A stretch of 64,000 nucleotides of DNA from an uncultured bacterium (GTDB taxonomy: Bacteria; Chloroflexota; Anaerolineae; Anaerolineales; UBA4823). The stretch is from contig CBFDCK010000002.1 in the NCBI GenBank assembly GCA_965603285.1, forward strand, positions 410-64,409, in the 5' to 3' direction. The notes beneath the pieces were generated by a model that was not told where the DNA came from, did no database searches, and worked only from the letters and a program-made list of their open reading frames with translations. The number at the start of each line of letters is the position of its first letter. Position 1 is the first letter of the stretch. Below, in pieces: positions 31,183-40,546 of this stretch. The position numbers and the translations under genes were made by a program.

Positions 31183-31905
31183 GTGAACAATGTACAAGAA
31201 ATACTGAAAATGGTTGACCACTCTCTCTTAAGCCCGTCTCTAACCGATGAACAGTTGAAGGAAGGCTGCGCTGTGGCTGCCCAATACCACACCGCTTCTG
31301 TATGCGTAAAGCCCTACCATGTACGCCAGGCCACCGAATACTTAAAAAGCACAGACGTGCTGGTTGGTGCGGTGATTGGCTTCCCACACGGCAACAGCAG
31401 CATAGCAATCAAAGCAGCCGAAACAGAGCAGGTCATCGCAGACGGCGCGGTTGAAGTCGATATGGTCATTAATATCGGCAAGGTGTTAAGTGAAGATTGG
31501 GACTATGTTGATAAGGAAATTGAAACGATCAGAATAATAACAAAAAAAGCCGGTGCTGCTCTTAAGGTGATCTTTGAAAATGACCTGTTGCCAGATGACC
31601 AATACAAGATCATACTTTGTGAGATTTGCAGTAAACACAGCGCAGATTTTGTTAAAACATCTACTGGTTACAACTACATAAAAGGACCGGATGGAAAATA
31701 TAGCTACCAGGGCGCTACGATGCACGACTTGAAACTCATGCGAGAACATTCCGCCCCCGAAGTTCAAGTAAAAGCAGCCGGTAACTCTGGTTCTTTGGAA
31801 ATCGTCTTGAAATTGCGCGAGATCGGCGTGACCCGCACCGGAACCGGTAAAACGGTTGAATTATATAAAAACGCGGTTGATAAATTTGGTCTTGAGAACA
31901 AGTAG
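31183..31905 (+). CDS. DeoC-type class I aldolase, second paralog
   Basis: GTG start. VDHSLLSP, VCVKP, VKTSTGY. Carries an insertion (NYIKGPDGKYSYQ) after the catalytic lysine segment, relative to the first paralog. Confidence 0.8.
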   Translation: MNNVQEILKMVDHSLLSPSLTDEQLKEGCAVAAQYHTASVCVKPYHVRQATEYLKSTDVLVGAVIGFPHGNSSIAIKAAETEQVIADGAVEVDMVINIGKVLSEDWDYVDKEIETIRIITKKAGAALKVIFENDLLPDDQYKIILCEICSKHSADFVKTSTGYNYIKGPDGKYSYQGATMHDLKLMREHSAPEVQVKAAGNSGSLEIVLKLREIGVTRTGTGKTVELYKNAVDKFGLENK

Positions 31906-31940
31906 AAAATACCAAACACAAGCATCAATTAATATTGTAG

Positions 31941-33000
31941 ATTCAACTCGTAAGTGCAACAACGATATTCGGTGAAAAAGGCAAGCTGAGGTAGGATAAG
32001 CGTTGCCAAAAGCCATCGAATAAATCGAAGGAGCACTTATGAATTCCTATAAACAGCTTGCCTACGAACAAAGATACCAGATTTCTTTCATGTTGAAAAT
32101 GGGATTTAGCCAAACAAAGATAGCCAATGAGATTAGTGTCCACAGATCCACGATCAGCCGGGAATTGCGTCGCAATCGAGGCAAACGTGGCTACAGGCCT
32201 AAACAAGCGCACCAAATGGCTCTCAATAGAAGAAATAAAGCGAATTATCGCTTCCCGCCCATCACCTGGGACCTGATAGAGAGTTTGATCCGAATGGATT
32301 GGAGCCCGGAACAGATTTCGGGGTGGTTGAAAAACAGACAAGATTTCCACATCAGTCATGAATGGATTTACCAACACATCTTGGTTGACAAACAGAACGG
32401 TGGTGACCTCTACCAGCATCTGCGTTGTCAAAAGAAACGCCGTAAACGCTACGGCAGCTACGATCGACGCGGTAAACTGCCTAACCGGGTGAGTATCGAC
32501 CAACGCCCTGCTGAAGTCGAAACTCGTCAACGTTTGGGTGACTGGGAAGTTGATACCATGATCGGAAAAAGACATAAGCAAGCCTTAGTAACCCTTATCG
32601 AACGTAAGTCTCGATTAGTTTTGATGCGCAAGGTTGAACAGCGCACTGCTGGAGCTGTTGAAGATGTAATCACTCACCTGTTAGAGCCCTGGACACATGA
32701 TGTGCATACGATCACAGCGGATAATGGGAAGGAATTCGCTCATCATGAACAAATCGCTAAAAAATTGAAAACAGAATTCTACTTTGCTCATCCGAATGCT
32801 GCTTGGGAACGAGGTTCGAATGAAAACGTCAATGGCTTGATAAGACAATACTTTCCCAAGAAGCAATCCTTTGATAATATTACAGATGATGAAACTGAAC
32901 TGGTTGTGAATTTGCTCAATAATCGACCACGAAAATGCCTTGATTTCAAAACACCTATTGAGGTATTCTTAGAACAATCTGTTGCACTTAATACTTGAAT
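31941..33000 (+). mobile_element. IS30-family insertion sequence (about 1060 bp)
   Basis: Terminal inverted repeats attcaactcgtaagtgcaac (31941-31960) and gttgcacttaatacttgaat (32981-33000) match 16/20. They enclose one IS30-type transposase ORF whose stop lies inside the right repeat. Confidence 0.8.
32039..32998 (+). CDS. IS30-family DDE transposase
   Basis: 319 aa. N-terminal HTH (GFSQTKIANEISVHRSTISRELRRN). DDE core with DNGKEF and WERGSNENVNGLIRQYFPK. Confidence 0.9.
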   Translation: MNSYKQLAYEQRYQISFMLKMGFSQTKIANEISVHRSTISRELRRNRGKRGYRPKQAHQMALNRRNKANYRFPPITWDLIESLIRMDWSPEQISGWLKNRQDFHISHEWIYQHILVDKQNGGDLYQHLRCQKKRRKRYGSYDRRGKLPNRVSIDQRPAEVETRQRLGDWEVDTMIGKRHKQALVTLIERKSRLVLMRKVEQRTAGAVEDVITHLLEPWTHDVHTITADNGKEFAHHEQIAKKLKTEFYFAHPNAAWERGSNENVNGLIRQYFPKKQSFDNITDDETELVVNLLNNRPRKCLDFKTPIEVFLEQSVALNT

Positions 33001-33209
33001 CCAAGTATCAAAAAACACCACTTTATATCTAAACATAATTAATAGTTAAGTAATTGCTGTGGCAGAAAAAAGAACAATATTATCTATGATAGAATCTGCC
33101 AATTACGATGCCAAATGAAGAGGAGGTGGTTGTTGGAAAATGCACACAAGTACGGCCTAAGTAAATCCGTTTCAACAAAAGTATAAAAACTAACTATAAG
33201 GAGAATTGA

Positions 33210-35372
33210 ATGAAGAAGTTACAAAAATCCCTAGGGCTGTTGGTTGCTTTGATGCTGTTCATCAGCTTGCTGGCCGCCTGCGCATCACCTGAACCTGCAA
33301 CTGAAGTACCAGCAGCCGAAGAACCAGCAGCTGAAGTACCAGCAGCCGAAGAACCAGTAGCCGAAGAACCGGCTGTTGAAGGCGGGACCTACACCATTGG
33401 TATTTCCAACCCCTTCATCACCAGCGAATACCGCACCCAGATGATCGATGATCTTGAAACAACCAATGAGGAATATATGGCATTGGGTCTGACCAATGAA
33501 TTGGTGATCGAGAGCGAGAACACCGATGTTGCTGGTCAGCTTCAGCAGATCGAAAACCTGATGAACCAGGGTGTCGATGCCATATTGGTCAACCCCGGTG
33601 ACGCAGTAGCCTTGAACCAGATCCTGGAAGAAGCCGTCGAAGCGGGCATCGTCGTCATTTCGATCGACCAGGAAATTGAGGCTGCCGGTGTGGTCAACGT
33701 TGGTCACAACCAGAAAGAATGGGCCCAGACCAGCGCTGCATGGTTCGCCGAAGAACTGCAAGAGGGCGACGTTGTATTGATCGAAGGCTTCATCGGTCAC
33801 CCCGCCAACGAATACCGCATGTCCGGTGTCTATGAAGAATTTGAAGACTACCCGGGTATCAACGTGCTAGCCAGTGAAACTGGCAGTTGGGACGAAGCAA
33901 CCGGTCAGCAGGTGATGGCAGACTTCTTGGCTGCATATCCTGACCTGGACGGTTACTGGACCCAGGACGGCATGGCTATCGGCGCGATGGAAGCCGTAAA
34001 AGCTGCCGGTCTCGATGAATATCCGCTGGGCGTTGGCGAAGGCCGCGTTAAGTTCCTCAAACTGTGGAAAGAAGCTCTGGAAGCAGATCCGGAATTCAAG
34101 TCCTTTGCCGTAGCTAACGCCCCCGGCGTGGCCGCAACTGGTCTACGCATTGCCGTGGAGTTGCTAGAGGGTCAGGAACTGAAAGATGAATCCCTTAGCG
34201 GGCAATTCGGCACAACCGTCATCGTTCCGATCCCAGTTACCGTAGACCCTGAAAATTTCAATGAAATCTACGCTGAATATGTAGATGGTGGCTATCCGGA
34301 TTCTTACCTCCTGGATGGCATTATGACCATCGAAGAAGTACAGGCTTTGTTCGAAGGAGCCATAGAACCAGCAGCCGAAGAGCCGGCTGTTGAAGGCGAG
34401 ACCTTTACCATTGGTATTTCCAACCCCTTCATCACTAGCGAATACCGCACCCAAATGATCGATGACCTTGAAACGACCAATGAAGAATACGTGGAAATGG
34501 GTCTAAGCAATGAACTGGTGATCGAGAGCGAGAATACCGATATTGCAGGTCAGCTTCAGCAGATCGAAAACCTGATGAACCAGGGTGTCGATGCTATTTT
34601 GGTCAACCCTGGTGACGCAGTAGCCTTGAACCAGATCCTGGAAGAAGCCGTCGAAGCGGGCATCGTCGTCATTTCGATCGACCAGGAAATTGAGGCTGCC
34701 GGTGTGGTCAACGTTGGTCACAACCAGAAAGAATGGGCCCAGACCAGCGCTGCATGGTTCGCCGAAGAACTGCAAGAGGGCGACGTTGTATTGATCGAAG
34801 GCTTCATCGGTCACCCCGCCAACGAATACCGCATGTCCGGTGTCTATGAAGAATTTGAAGACTACCCGGGTATCAACGTGCTAGCCAGTGAAACTGGCAG
34901 TTGGGACGAAGCAACCGGTCAGCAGGTGATGGCAGACTTCTTGGCTGCATATCCTGACCTGGACGGTTACTGGACCCAGGACGGCATGGCTATCGGCGCG
35001 ATGGAAGCCGTAAAAGCTGCCGGTCTCGATGAATATCCGCTGGGCGTTGGTGAAGGCCGCGTTAAGTTCCTCAAACTGTGGCAAGAAGCCCTGGAAGCAG
35101 ATCCAGAATTCAAGTCCTTTGCCGTAGCTAACGCCCCCGGTGTTGCCGCTACTGGTCTACGCATTGCTATGGAGTTGTTACAAGGAAAGGAATTAAAGGA
35201 TGAATCCCTTAGCGGGCAATTCGGCACAACCGTCATCGTTCCGATCCCGGTTATTGTGACCCCAGATAATTTCGCTGAAATCTACGCTGAATACGTAGAT
35301 GGCGGCTTTCCGGATTCTTACCTTCTCGATGGCATTATGACCCTCGAAGAAGTACAGGCGTTGTTCGAATAG
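33210..35372 (+). CDS. Sugar ABC transporter substrate-binding lipoprotein with two tandem, near-identical type-I periplasmic-binding modules
   Basis: 720 aa. Lipobox LLAACAS and a Pro/Ala/Glu-rich tether. Two ~330-aa Peripla_BP-like modules follow (GTYTIGISNPFITSEY... and ETFTIGISNPFITSEY...). AAGGAG RBS. Confidence 0.85.
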   Translation: MKKLQKSLGLLVALMLFISLLAACASPEPATEVPAAEEPAAEVPAAEEPVAEEPAVEGGTYTIGISNPFITSEYRTQMIDDLETTNEEYMALGLTNELVIESENTDVAGQLQQIENLMNQGVDAILVNPGDAVALNQILEEAVEAGIVVISIDQEIEAAGVVNVGHNQKEWAQTSAAWFAEELQEGDVVLIEGFIGHPANEYRMSGVYEEFEDYPGINVLASETGSWDEATGQQVMADFLAAYPDLDGYWTQDGMAIGAMEAVKAAGLDEYPLGVGEGRVKFLKLWKEALEADPEFKSFAVANAPGVAATGLRIAVELLEGQELKDESLSGQFGTTVIVPIPVTVDPENFNEIYAEYVDGGYPDSYLLDGIMTIEEVQALFEGAIEPAAEEPAVEGETFTIGISNPFITSEYRTQMIDDLETTNEEYVEMGLSNELVIESENTDIAGQLQQIENLMNQGVDAILVNPGDAVALNQILEEAVEAGIVVISIDQEIEAAGVVNVGHNQKEWAQTSAAWFAEELQEGDVVLIEGFIGHPANEYRMSGVYEEFEDYPGINVLASETGSWDEATGQQVMADFLAAYPDLDGYWTQDGMAIGAMEAVKAAGLDEYPLGVGEGRVKFLKLWQEALEADPEFKSFAVANAPGVAATGLRIAMELLQGKELKDESLSGQFGTTVIVPIPVIVTPDNFAEIYAEYVDGGFPDSYLLDGIMTLEEVQALFE
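33301..33360 (+). repeat. 30-bp tandem repeat x2 encoding the PAE-rich tether
   Basis: ctgaagtaccagcagccgaagaaccagcag is repeated 29/30. Confidence 0.85.
33366..35369 (+). repeat. In-frame 1014-bp tandem duplication (about 1.98 copies) inside the SBP gene
   Basis: The anchor ggctgttgaa occurs at 33371 and 34385, giving a period of 1014 nt = 338 codons. A central block of about 430 nt is identical in both copies. The edges are diverged. Confidence 0.9.
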
Positions 35373-35387
35373 TCTGTTCTCCAACTA

Positions 35388-35423
35388 GGTTCTCTGGCGA
35401 TCGATCGCCAGAGAACCTTTTTT
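35388..35423 (+). terminator. Intrinsic terminator after the SBP gene
   Basis: Perfect 30-nt palindrome ggttctctggcgatcgatcgccagagaacc followed by tttttt. Confidence 0.8.
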
Positions 35424-35515
35424 CATTATTGTAATATCGCAAGATCATTTTTTGGGGATCCATCAAGCCATTGGTATAATTGGATAATTGCTAATCAAAA
35501 CGTAATGGAATAAAT

Positions 35516-37054
35516 TTGAAATCGATATCACTTAATGCCCAACACATCACCAAACATTTTGGAGGAGTGGTCGCCCTCAGGGGTGGCTCGTTAAATGTCA
35601 ACTCTGGTGAAATTCTAGCCCTGGTAGGAGCGAATGGCAGCGGGAAAAGCACCCTGGCAAAGATTATTACCGGGGTTGTCTCTAGAGATTCGGGGGAGAT
35701 CATCTACAACTCAGAACCGGTTGTATTCAATAACCCGGCGGCAGCGCAAAAAGTCGGAGTCACCGCTGTTTACCAGGAACTTAGTTTAGTACCTTCGATG
35801 ACAGTGGCGGAAAACATCTGGCTGGATCACGAGCCGCTGACCAAATTCGGCCAAGTGGATACCCGCAAGACGATCAGCGAAACCAGGAAACTGCTAAAAC
35901 TGTTTGAAGGCACATTTCAGTCAACCCTGAGACCTAATGCTGTGATCGATTCGCTTCCCCCCGATGAAAAACAGATCGTCGAAATCCTCAAAGCCATCAG
36001 CCGCAAACCGGATGTTTTGATCCTGGATGAGGCGACTGCCAGTCTAGACCGCCGCCAGGTTGATTGTTTATTCACCCTGCTCATGGAATGGAAAGATCAG
36101 AACATGGCTTTGATCTTCGTCTCGCACCGTTTGGATGAGATCTTTCGGATCGCAGACCGTGCGGTTGTGTTAAGAAATGGCGATTCTGTGGGGGAAGTAA
36201 AGATCGCTGAAAGCTCACAAACCGAGATCGTTTCCTTAATGGTCGGGCATGAAAGCGGACTAGATAGAACTGAACGCACCACTTTAAAAATATCAGATGA
36301 AATTGCACTGGAGTTAACAGACCTAAAAACGGATGTGCTGGCGGGCGTTAACTTCACTGTAAAAAAAGGTGAACTGGTGGGGATTGGTGGTTTACGCGGC
36401 CAGGGTCAAACAAACCTGCTGCACACCTTGTTCGGCAATAAGCGCTTTGAAGGTCAGATCACACTATTTGGCGAAACAATGTCAGCAAACCATCCCCGCG
36501 CCGCCATGAAAAAGGGTATCGCTCTTGTGCCCGGTGACAGGGCTACCCAAGGCTTGTTATTAATCCGCTCCATATTTGAAAACTTGCATCTGCCCAATTG
36601 GCGGATATATGGTTTCCCTTTAAAACTAACAAAAGCCTATTCTGACGCTAATGGTATTGCCAAAACATTGAACATGGTGATGGAATCACTTGACGCACCG
36701 GTAAGTAGCCTCTCCGGCGGGAACGCCCAAAAAGTGGTGATTGGGAAATGGCTGTTACGCGACCCCAAACTCTTATTGTTGGATGACCCCACTAAGGGTG
36801 TTGATGTTGGTACCAAAGCCGAATTTTACAATCTTCTAGATCGCCTGTGCGAAACAGGAACTACAATCCTCTTCTACAGCTCCGATGACCAGGAATTGGT
36901 TGACCTTTGCCCTCGAGTACTGGTAATGCAGGACGGTTTCATAAAAGCCGACCTCTCTGGCAATAGTCTTACGAAGGCAAACCTGGTTTCCACCAGTATG
37001 GGCGTAGGCTTAGATGCGGTAAATAACAACAAGCCTGGTAAACATGGACAATAA
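35516..37054 (+). CDS. Sugar ABC transporter ATP-binding protein (duplicated ABC domains, CUT2/RbsA-MglA type)
   Basis: 512 aa, TTG start. Walker A GANGSGKST, LSGGNAQK signature and two ABC halves. Confidence 0.9.
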   Translation: MKSISLNAQHITKHFGGVVALRGGSLNVNSGEILALVGANGSGKSTLAKIITGVVSRDSGEIIYNSEPVVFNNPAAAQKVGVTAVYQELSLVPSMTVAENIWLDHEPLTKFGQVDTRKTISETRKLLKLFEGTFQSTLRPNAVIDSLPPDEKQIVEILKAISRKPDVLILDEATASLDRRQVDCLFTLLMEWKDQNMALIFVSHRLDEIFRIADRAVVLRNGDSVGEVKIAESSQTEIVSLMVGHESGLDRTERTTLKISDEIALELTDLKTDVLAGVNFTVKKGELVGIGGLRGQGQTNLLHTLFGNKRFEGQITLFGETMSANHPRAAMKKGIALVPGDRATQGLLLIRSIFENLHLPNWRIYGFPLKLTKAYSDANGIAKTLNMVMESLDAPVSSLSGGNAQKVVIGKWLLRDPKLLLLDDPTKGVDVGTKAEFYNLLDRLCETGTTILFYSSDDQELVDLCPRVLVMQDGFIKADLSGNSLTKANLVSTSMGVGLDAVNNNKPGKHGQ

Positions 37055-38036
37055 ATTCGATCTTCGAGATTGGTGGATAAATTTCAATAAGAAAAACACC
37101 TATGTGTTGGCCTTGGTCATCTTTATTGTGACAACCGCAGCATATCTTGTACTGCAACCAAATGCATTTGATGAAGGTGTACTCACCAGGCTGCTCACCA
37201 GCAACTTCCGCACATGGCTGCCGGTAATATTGTTAGCCATCGGGCAAACAATTGTTATGTTGGGCGGCGGTTTAGATCTGTCATCCGGATCGATGGTTAT
37301 ACTTGGCAATGTAATCTTGGCTATTTCGATCACCTCAAATGAAGAACCGTGGTTCAACCTTATGATCGTTCTCGTCGTGGTTGCGTTTGGTTTGATCGCT
37401 GGATTTTTAAATGGCTTTTTAACTGCATATATGGGTTTGCAGCCGATGATAACTACATTCGCCACCAGTTTTGTTTACAGTGGTTTAGCACTCCTGATCT
37501 TACCAAACCCCTGGGGTAATATCCCCAGAGAATATACAAAAATGTATCGCAACACGACTTGGTTTGGCATTCCCCTCGCCTTGTTCATCATTGCCGCCAT
37601 CCTCGTCATTTGGGCAGTGATCAGGAACCGGAAATATGGACGCTTCCTGTTCGCCGTTGGTGGAAAGGCCGACGCCGCCTATTACACCGGCGTGCGGGTT
37701 ACACGCGTCAGGATCTCCACCTATGTGATCTCAGGCTTCTTTTCTTCACTGGCTGCCATTAGCTACACACTCCTGACAGGCTCAGGCTCTGCCGTCAGCG
37801 GTGCAGAAATGACGCTGACCGCTATCACTGCTGCCATTTTGGGAGGCACATCAATGGCCGGTGGCTCTGGTTCGCTTATTGGTTCTGTCCTTGGTGCCAT
37901 CATTCTGGGGACGATTAAGAATCTGATCTCACTATCAAAGATGGATTCATGGTACCGGGTATTAGTGAACGCTACCGTGATTATTGTGGCGCTTGCTAGT
38001 CCCGGAATCATCAATCTTTTTCGGAGGAAAAAATAA
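37044..38036 (+). CDS. ABC transporter permease (RbsC-like, BPD_transp_2)
   Basis: 330 aa, polytopic. Overlaps the ATPase stop by 11 nt. Confidence 0.9.
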   Translation: MDNKFDLRDWWINFNKKNTYVLALVIFIVTTAAYLVLQPNAFDEGVLTRLLTSNFRTWLPVILLAIGQTIVMLGGGLDLSSGSMVILGNVILAISITSNEEPWFNLMIVLVVVAFGLIAGFLNGFLTAYMGLQPMITTFATSFVYSGLALLILPNPWGNIPREYTKMYRNTTWFGIPLALFIIAAILVIWAVIRNRKYGRFLFAVGGKADAAYYTGVRVTRVRISTYVISGFFSSLAAISYTLLTGSGSAVSGAEMTLTAITAAILGGTSMAGGSGSLIGSVLGAIILGTIKNLISLSKMDSWYRVLVNATVIIVALASPGIINLFRRKK

Positions 38037-38038
38037 TC

Positions 38039-39025
38039 ATGAGTGAAAATATCCAATCCTCTGAAAAGAAGAAATTCACCATATCGCCGCAAGTTACCGC
38101 TCTGCTGCTGGCTTTACTTTTGTTCTTAGCTAGTGGATTTTTGCCCAACGGGTTCAATTCAGTAGATACTGCAATCAACCAGGCTTTTAACATTTTGCGT
38201 CTTTCCTCCTTCCTGGCATTGATCGCCGCCGGGCAGACCTTGGTGATCATAAGTGGTGGTGAAGGTATTGATTTGTCCGCGGGTGCAATCGTTACTATCG
38301 CAGTGTTGATCACCTACAAACTAGTTAACGGTGACAATTCTTTAGTGCTGCCTGTATTATTGTTCGTGATCGCCTGCGGTGCAGCGATTGGATTGATCAA
38401 CGGTCTGGGGATCGCTTACCTTAAGATCCCCCCATTTGTTATGACCCTCGGTATGGCAGGGGTTGTAATAGGCACCTTGCTAGTCGTAACTCGCGGCCTT
38501 TACGATGGAAAAGTTGCGCCGATCATGACAAATATTATCGCTCGCGATCTGGTTTGGGGGATTCCGGGTATGTTGTTCTTGTGGATTATTTTCGGTGTAT
38601 TGATGACGATCTTATTGGAACGCACACGTTATGGTAAACAGCTCTTTGCTATCGGTGTGAACCGACTGACTGCCCGTCTGTCCGGTGTGCGTGTTGATCG
38701 AATGGTAGTCTCCACTTACACCATCGCCGGCGCATTAGCTGCCTTTTCGGGATTCATTCTGGTCGGCTTTACGCAGAACGCCGGTCTGCTGGTTGGCAAC
38801 CAATATCTGTTCCCCTCCATCGCGGCGGTTGCAATCGGCGGCACGCTGCTGTCTGGCGGCAAGGGCAGTTATTTCGGCACGATGGCTGGCGCCATCGTGA
38901 TCCAACTGATCACCAGCTTGCTTACCACCATGCAGTTACCGGAAGCGATCCAACAGATCGTTTACGGCTCGATCCTGATAGTCCTTTTGATCGTTTATGG
39001 ACGTGAGAAAGGAATACGACTGTAA
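38039..39025 (+). CDS. ABC transporter permease (RbsC-like), second subunit
   Basis: 328 aa, polytopic. Starts 3 nt after the previous stop. Confidence 0.9.
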   Translation: MSENIQSSEKKKFTISPQVTALLLALLLFLASGFLPNGFNSVDTAINQAFNILRLSSFLALIAAGQTLVIISGGEGIDLSAGAIVTIAVLITYKLVNGDNSLVLPVLLFVIACGAAIGLINGLGIAYLKIPPFVMTLGMAGVVIGTLLVVTRGLYDGKVAPIMTNIIARDLVWGIPGMLFLWIIFGVLMTILLERTRYGKQLFAIGVNRLTARLSGVRVDRMVVSTYTIAGALAAFSGFILVGFTQNAGLLVGNQYLFPSIAAVAIGGTLLSGGKGSYFGTMAGAIVIQLITSLLTTMQLPEAIQQIVYGSILIVLLIVYGREKGIRL

Positions 39026-39297
39026 TTTCAATCCAAAACCGCAATAAAATCATGGATAAATCACCTCAACTGAAGCCTCGACTTCTTCTCATAATTCAGG
39101 AATTGAGGCTTCAATTGCAGATGTAATTTACATTCTTTAAGACATCCTGGTGTGGGTGGAATGGAAGCCTGATGCTGTAACTGACCCATTTTGACCAAGG
39201 TCTCGATTCCATTAAGCAAACGCCTACATTGGATTTGCCATATACTATTATTCACAACTCAATCATATCCAAACCAGAAGAATCAGAGGAGATAAAA

Positions 39298-40485
39298 ATG
39301 CACAAGATCAGCTTGCTTGGCGCAGGATTCATTGGAATGTTCTACACACAGACGATCAACCGCAGTCGGTCTAAAGACGTAGTCTCGGTAGTTTACAATC
39401 GCACTCCTGAAACAGCCAAAGAATTCGCCAATAAATATAAAATCCCGCACTGGACCGGAGACATGGATGAAGCCATCAACGATCTAGAAACGGACGTTGT
39501 CGTAATCGGGCTGCCAAATTTCGAACACAGGGAAGCAGCCATCAAAGCTGCCAAAGCAGGTAAGGTCGTCTTATGCACAAAACCCTTAGCCCGCTCTGGC
39601 AAAGAGGCTAAAGAGATACTCGATGCCGTTGAAAAAGCCGGTATATTCCACGGTTATTTAGAGGATTTGGTCTACACCCCCAAAACATTAAAAGCGCTGG
39701 CTGCAGTGAAAGCCGGATCGATTGGTCGGGTGCTGTGGACACGCTCAAGAGAAACCCATCCTGGTCCGCACTCACCCTGGTTTATAGATAAAGAGCTTGC
39801 TGGCGGAGGAGCATTGATAGATATGGGCTGCCACTGCGCAGAGATCTGCCGCAGCTTTATCGGCAAAGATGTCAGACCGATGCAAGCCTTCGCTCACCAC
39901 GATACGATGGTACACCCAATCGCTGCCGAGGACTTCTCGATCGGCTTGGTCCGTTTTGAGAACGGCGCGGTCGGGCAGATCGAATCAAGCTGGACATTCA
40001 GAGGCGGCATGGACCTGCGCGATGAAGTATCCGGCACAGAAGGCACGATCTGGCTCAATCACTGGCTGCGTACTGGCTTTGAAATGTTCTCTTCAGGTGG
40101 CGGTCAAGGGTATGTAGCTGAAAAAGCTGAACTAGAGCAGGGCTGGCTTTTCCCGGTCGGCAATGAAGAAGATTCCTTAGGCTACGTTGAAATGTTCAAC
40201 GATATGTTCGACAGCATCGACAATAGCACAAAACCAACAGAAGACTTTTACGATGGATATGTCGTCAACTGCATACTAGATACCCTGTATAAATCCGCAC
40301 AATCCGGAAAATGGGAACCTGTCGAGATCGAAGATTGGCGCGGCGGCAAACATGAAAAAGTGATCACGACCACTGATTATGATGATGAACACATCATTAT
40401 CAAAGAAGAAAGAATGCCTGATGGAAAAATCAAATTGATCCTTCAGCATAAAGAAACCGGCAAAGTAACCCAGATCTTTAAATAA
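39298..40485 (+). CDS. Gfo/Idh/MocA-family oxidoreductase
   Basis: Start taken at [13 protein letters not shown] (ATG 39298, AGAGGAG upstream). VLCTKPLA motif. Has a C-terminal extension of about 50 aa. Confidence 0.85.
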   Translation: MHKISLLGAGFIGMFYTQTINRSRSKDVVSVVYNRTPETAKEFANKYKIPHWTGDMDEAINDLETDVVVIGLPNFEHREAAIKAAKAGKVVLCTKPLARSGKEAKEILDAVEKAGIFHGYLEDLVYTPKTLKALAAVKAGSIGRVLWTRSRETHPGPHSPWFIDKELAGGGALIDMGCHCAEICRSFIGKDVRPMQAFAHHDTMVHPIAAEDFSIGLVRFENGAVGQIESSWTFRGGMDLRDEVSGTEGTIWLNHWLRTGFEMFSSGGGQGYVAEKAELEQGWLFPVGNEEDSLGYVEMFNDMFDSIDNSTKPTEDFYDGYVVNCILDTLYKSAQSGKWEPVEIEDWRGGKHEKVITTTDYDDEHIIIKEERMPDGKIKLILQHKETGKVTQIFK

Positions 40486-40546
40486 TCACTACACTCTAAC
40501 TTGCTGTTCATTGTCAGAAAAATGAATCGCGCTGAGTAAAAATTTC

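Noticed and set aside
31943-32581. 212-aa minus-strand ORF overlapping the IS30 transposase gene
   Set aside because: It is entirely antisense to a confidently identified transposase. It has no motifs or RBS, and it begins inside the left inverted repeat. It is a shadow ORF.
33285-35384. Several minus-strand ORFs (33285-33800, 34503-34814, 34967-35236 and others), some nearly identical to each other
   Set aside because: They are antisense shadows of the duplicated SBP gene. Their similarity only reflects the 1014-bp tandem duplication.
39067-39117. Inverted repeat caactgaagcctc / gaggcttcaattg (12/13) after the second permease gene
   Set aside because: It has a 25-nt loop and no downstream T-tract, so it was not called a terminator. 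It may be an mRNA processing or stability hairpin, but that is not supportable from sequence alone.
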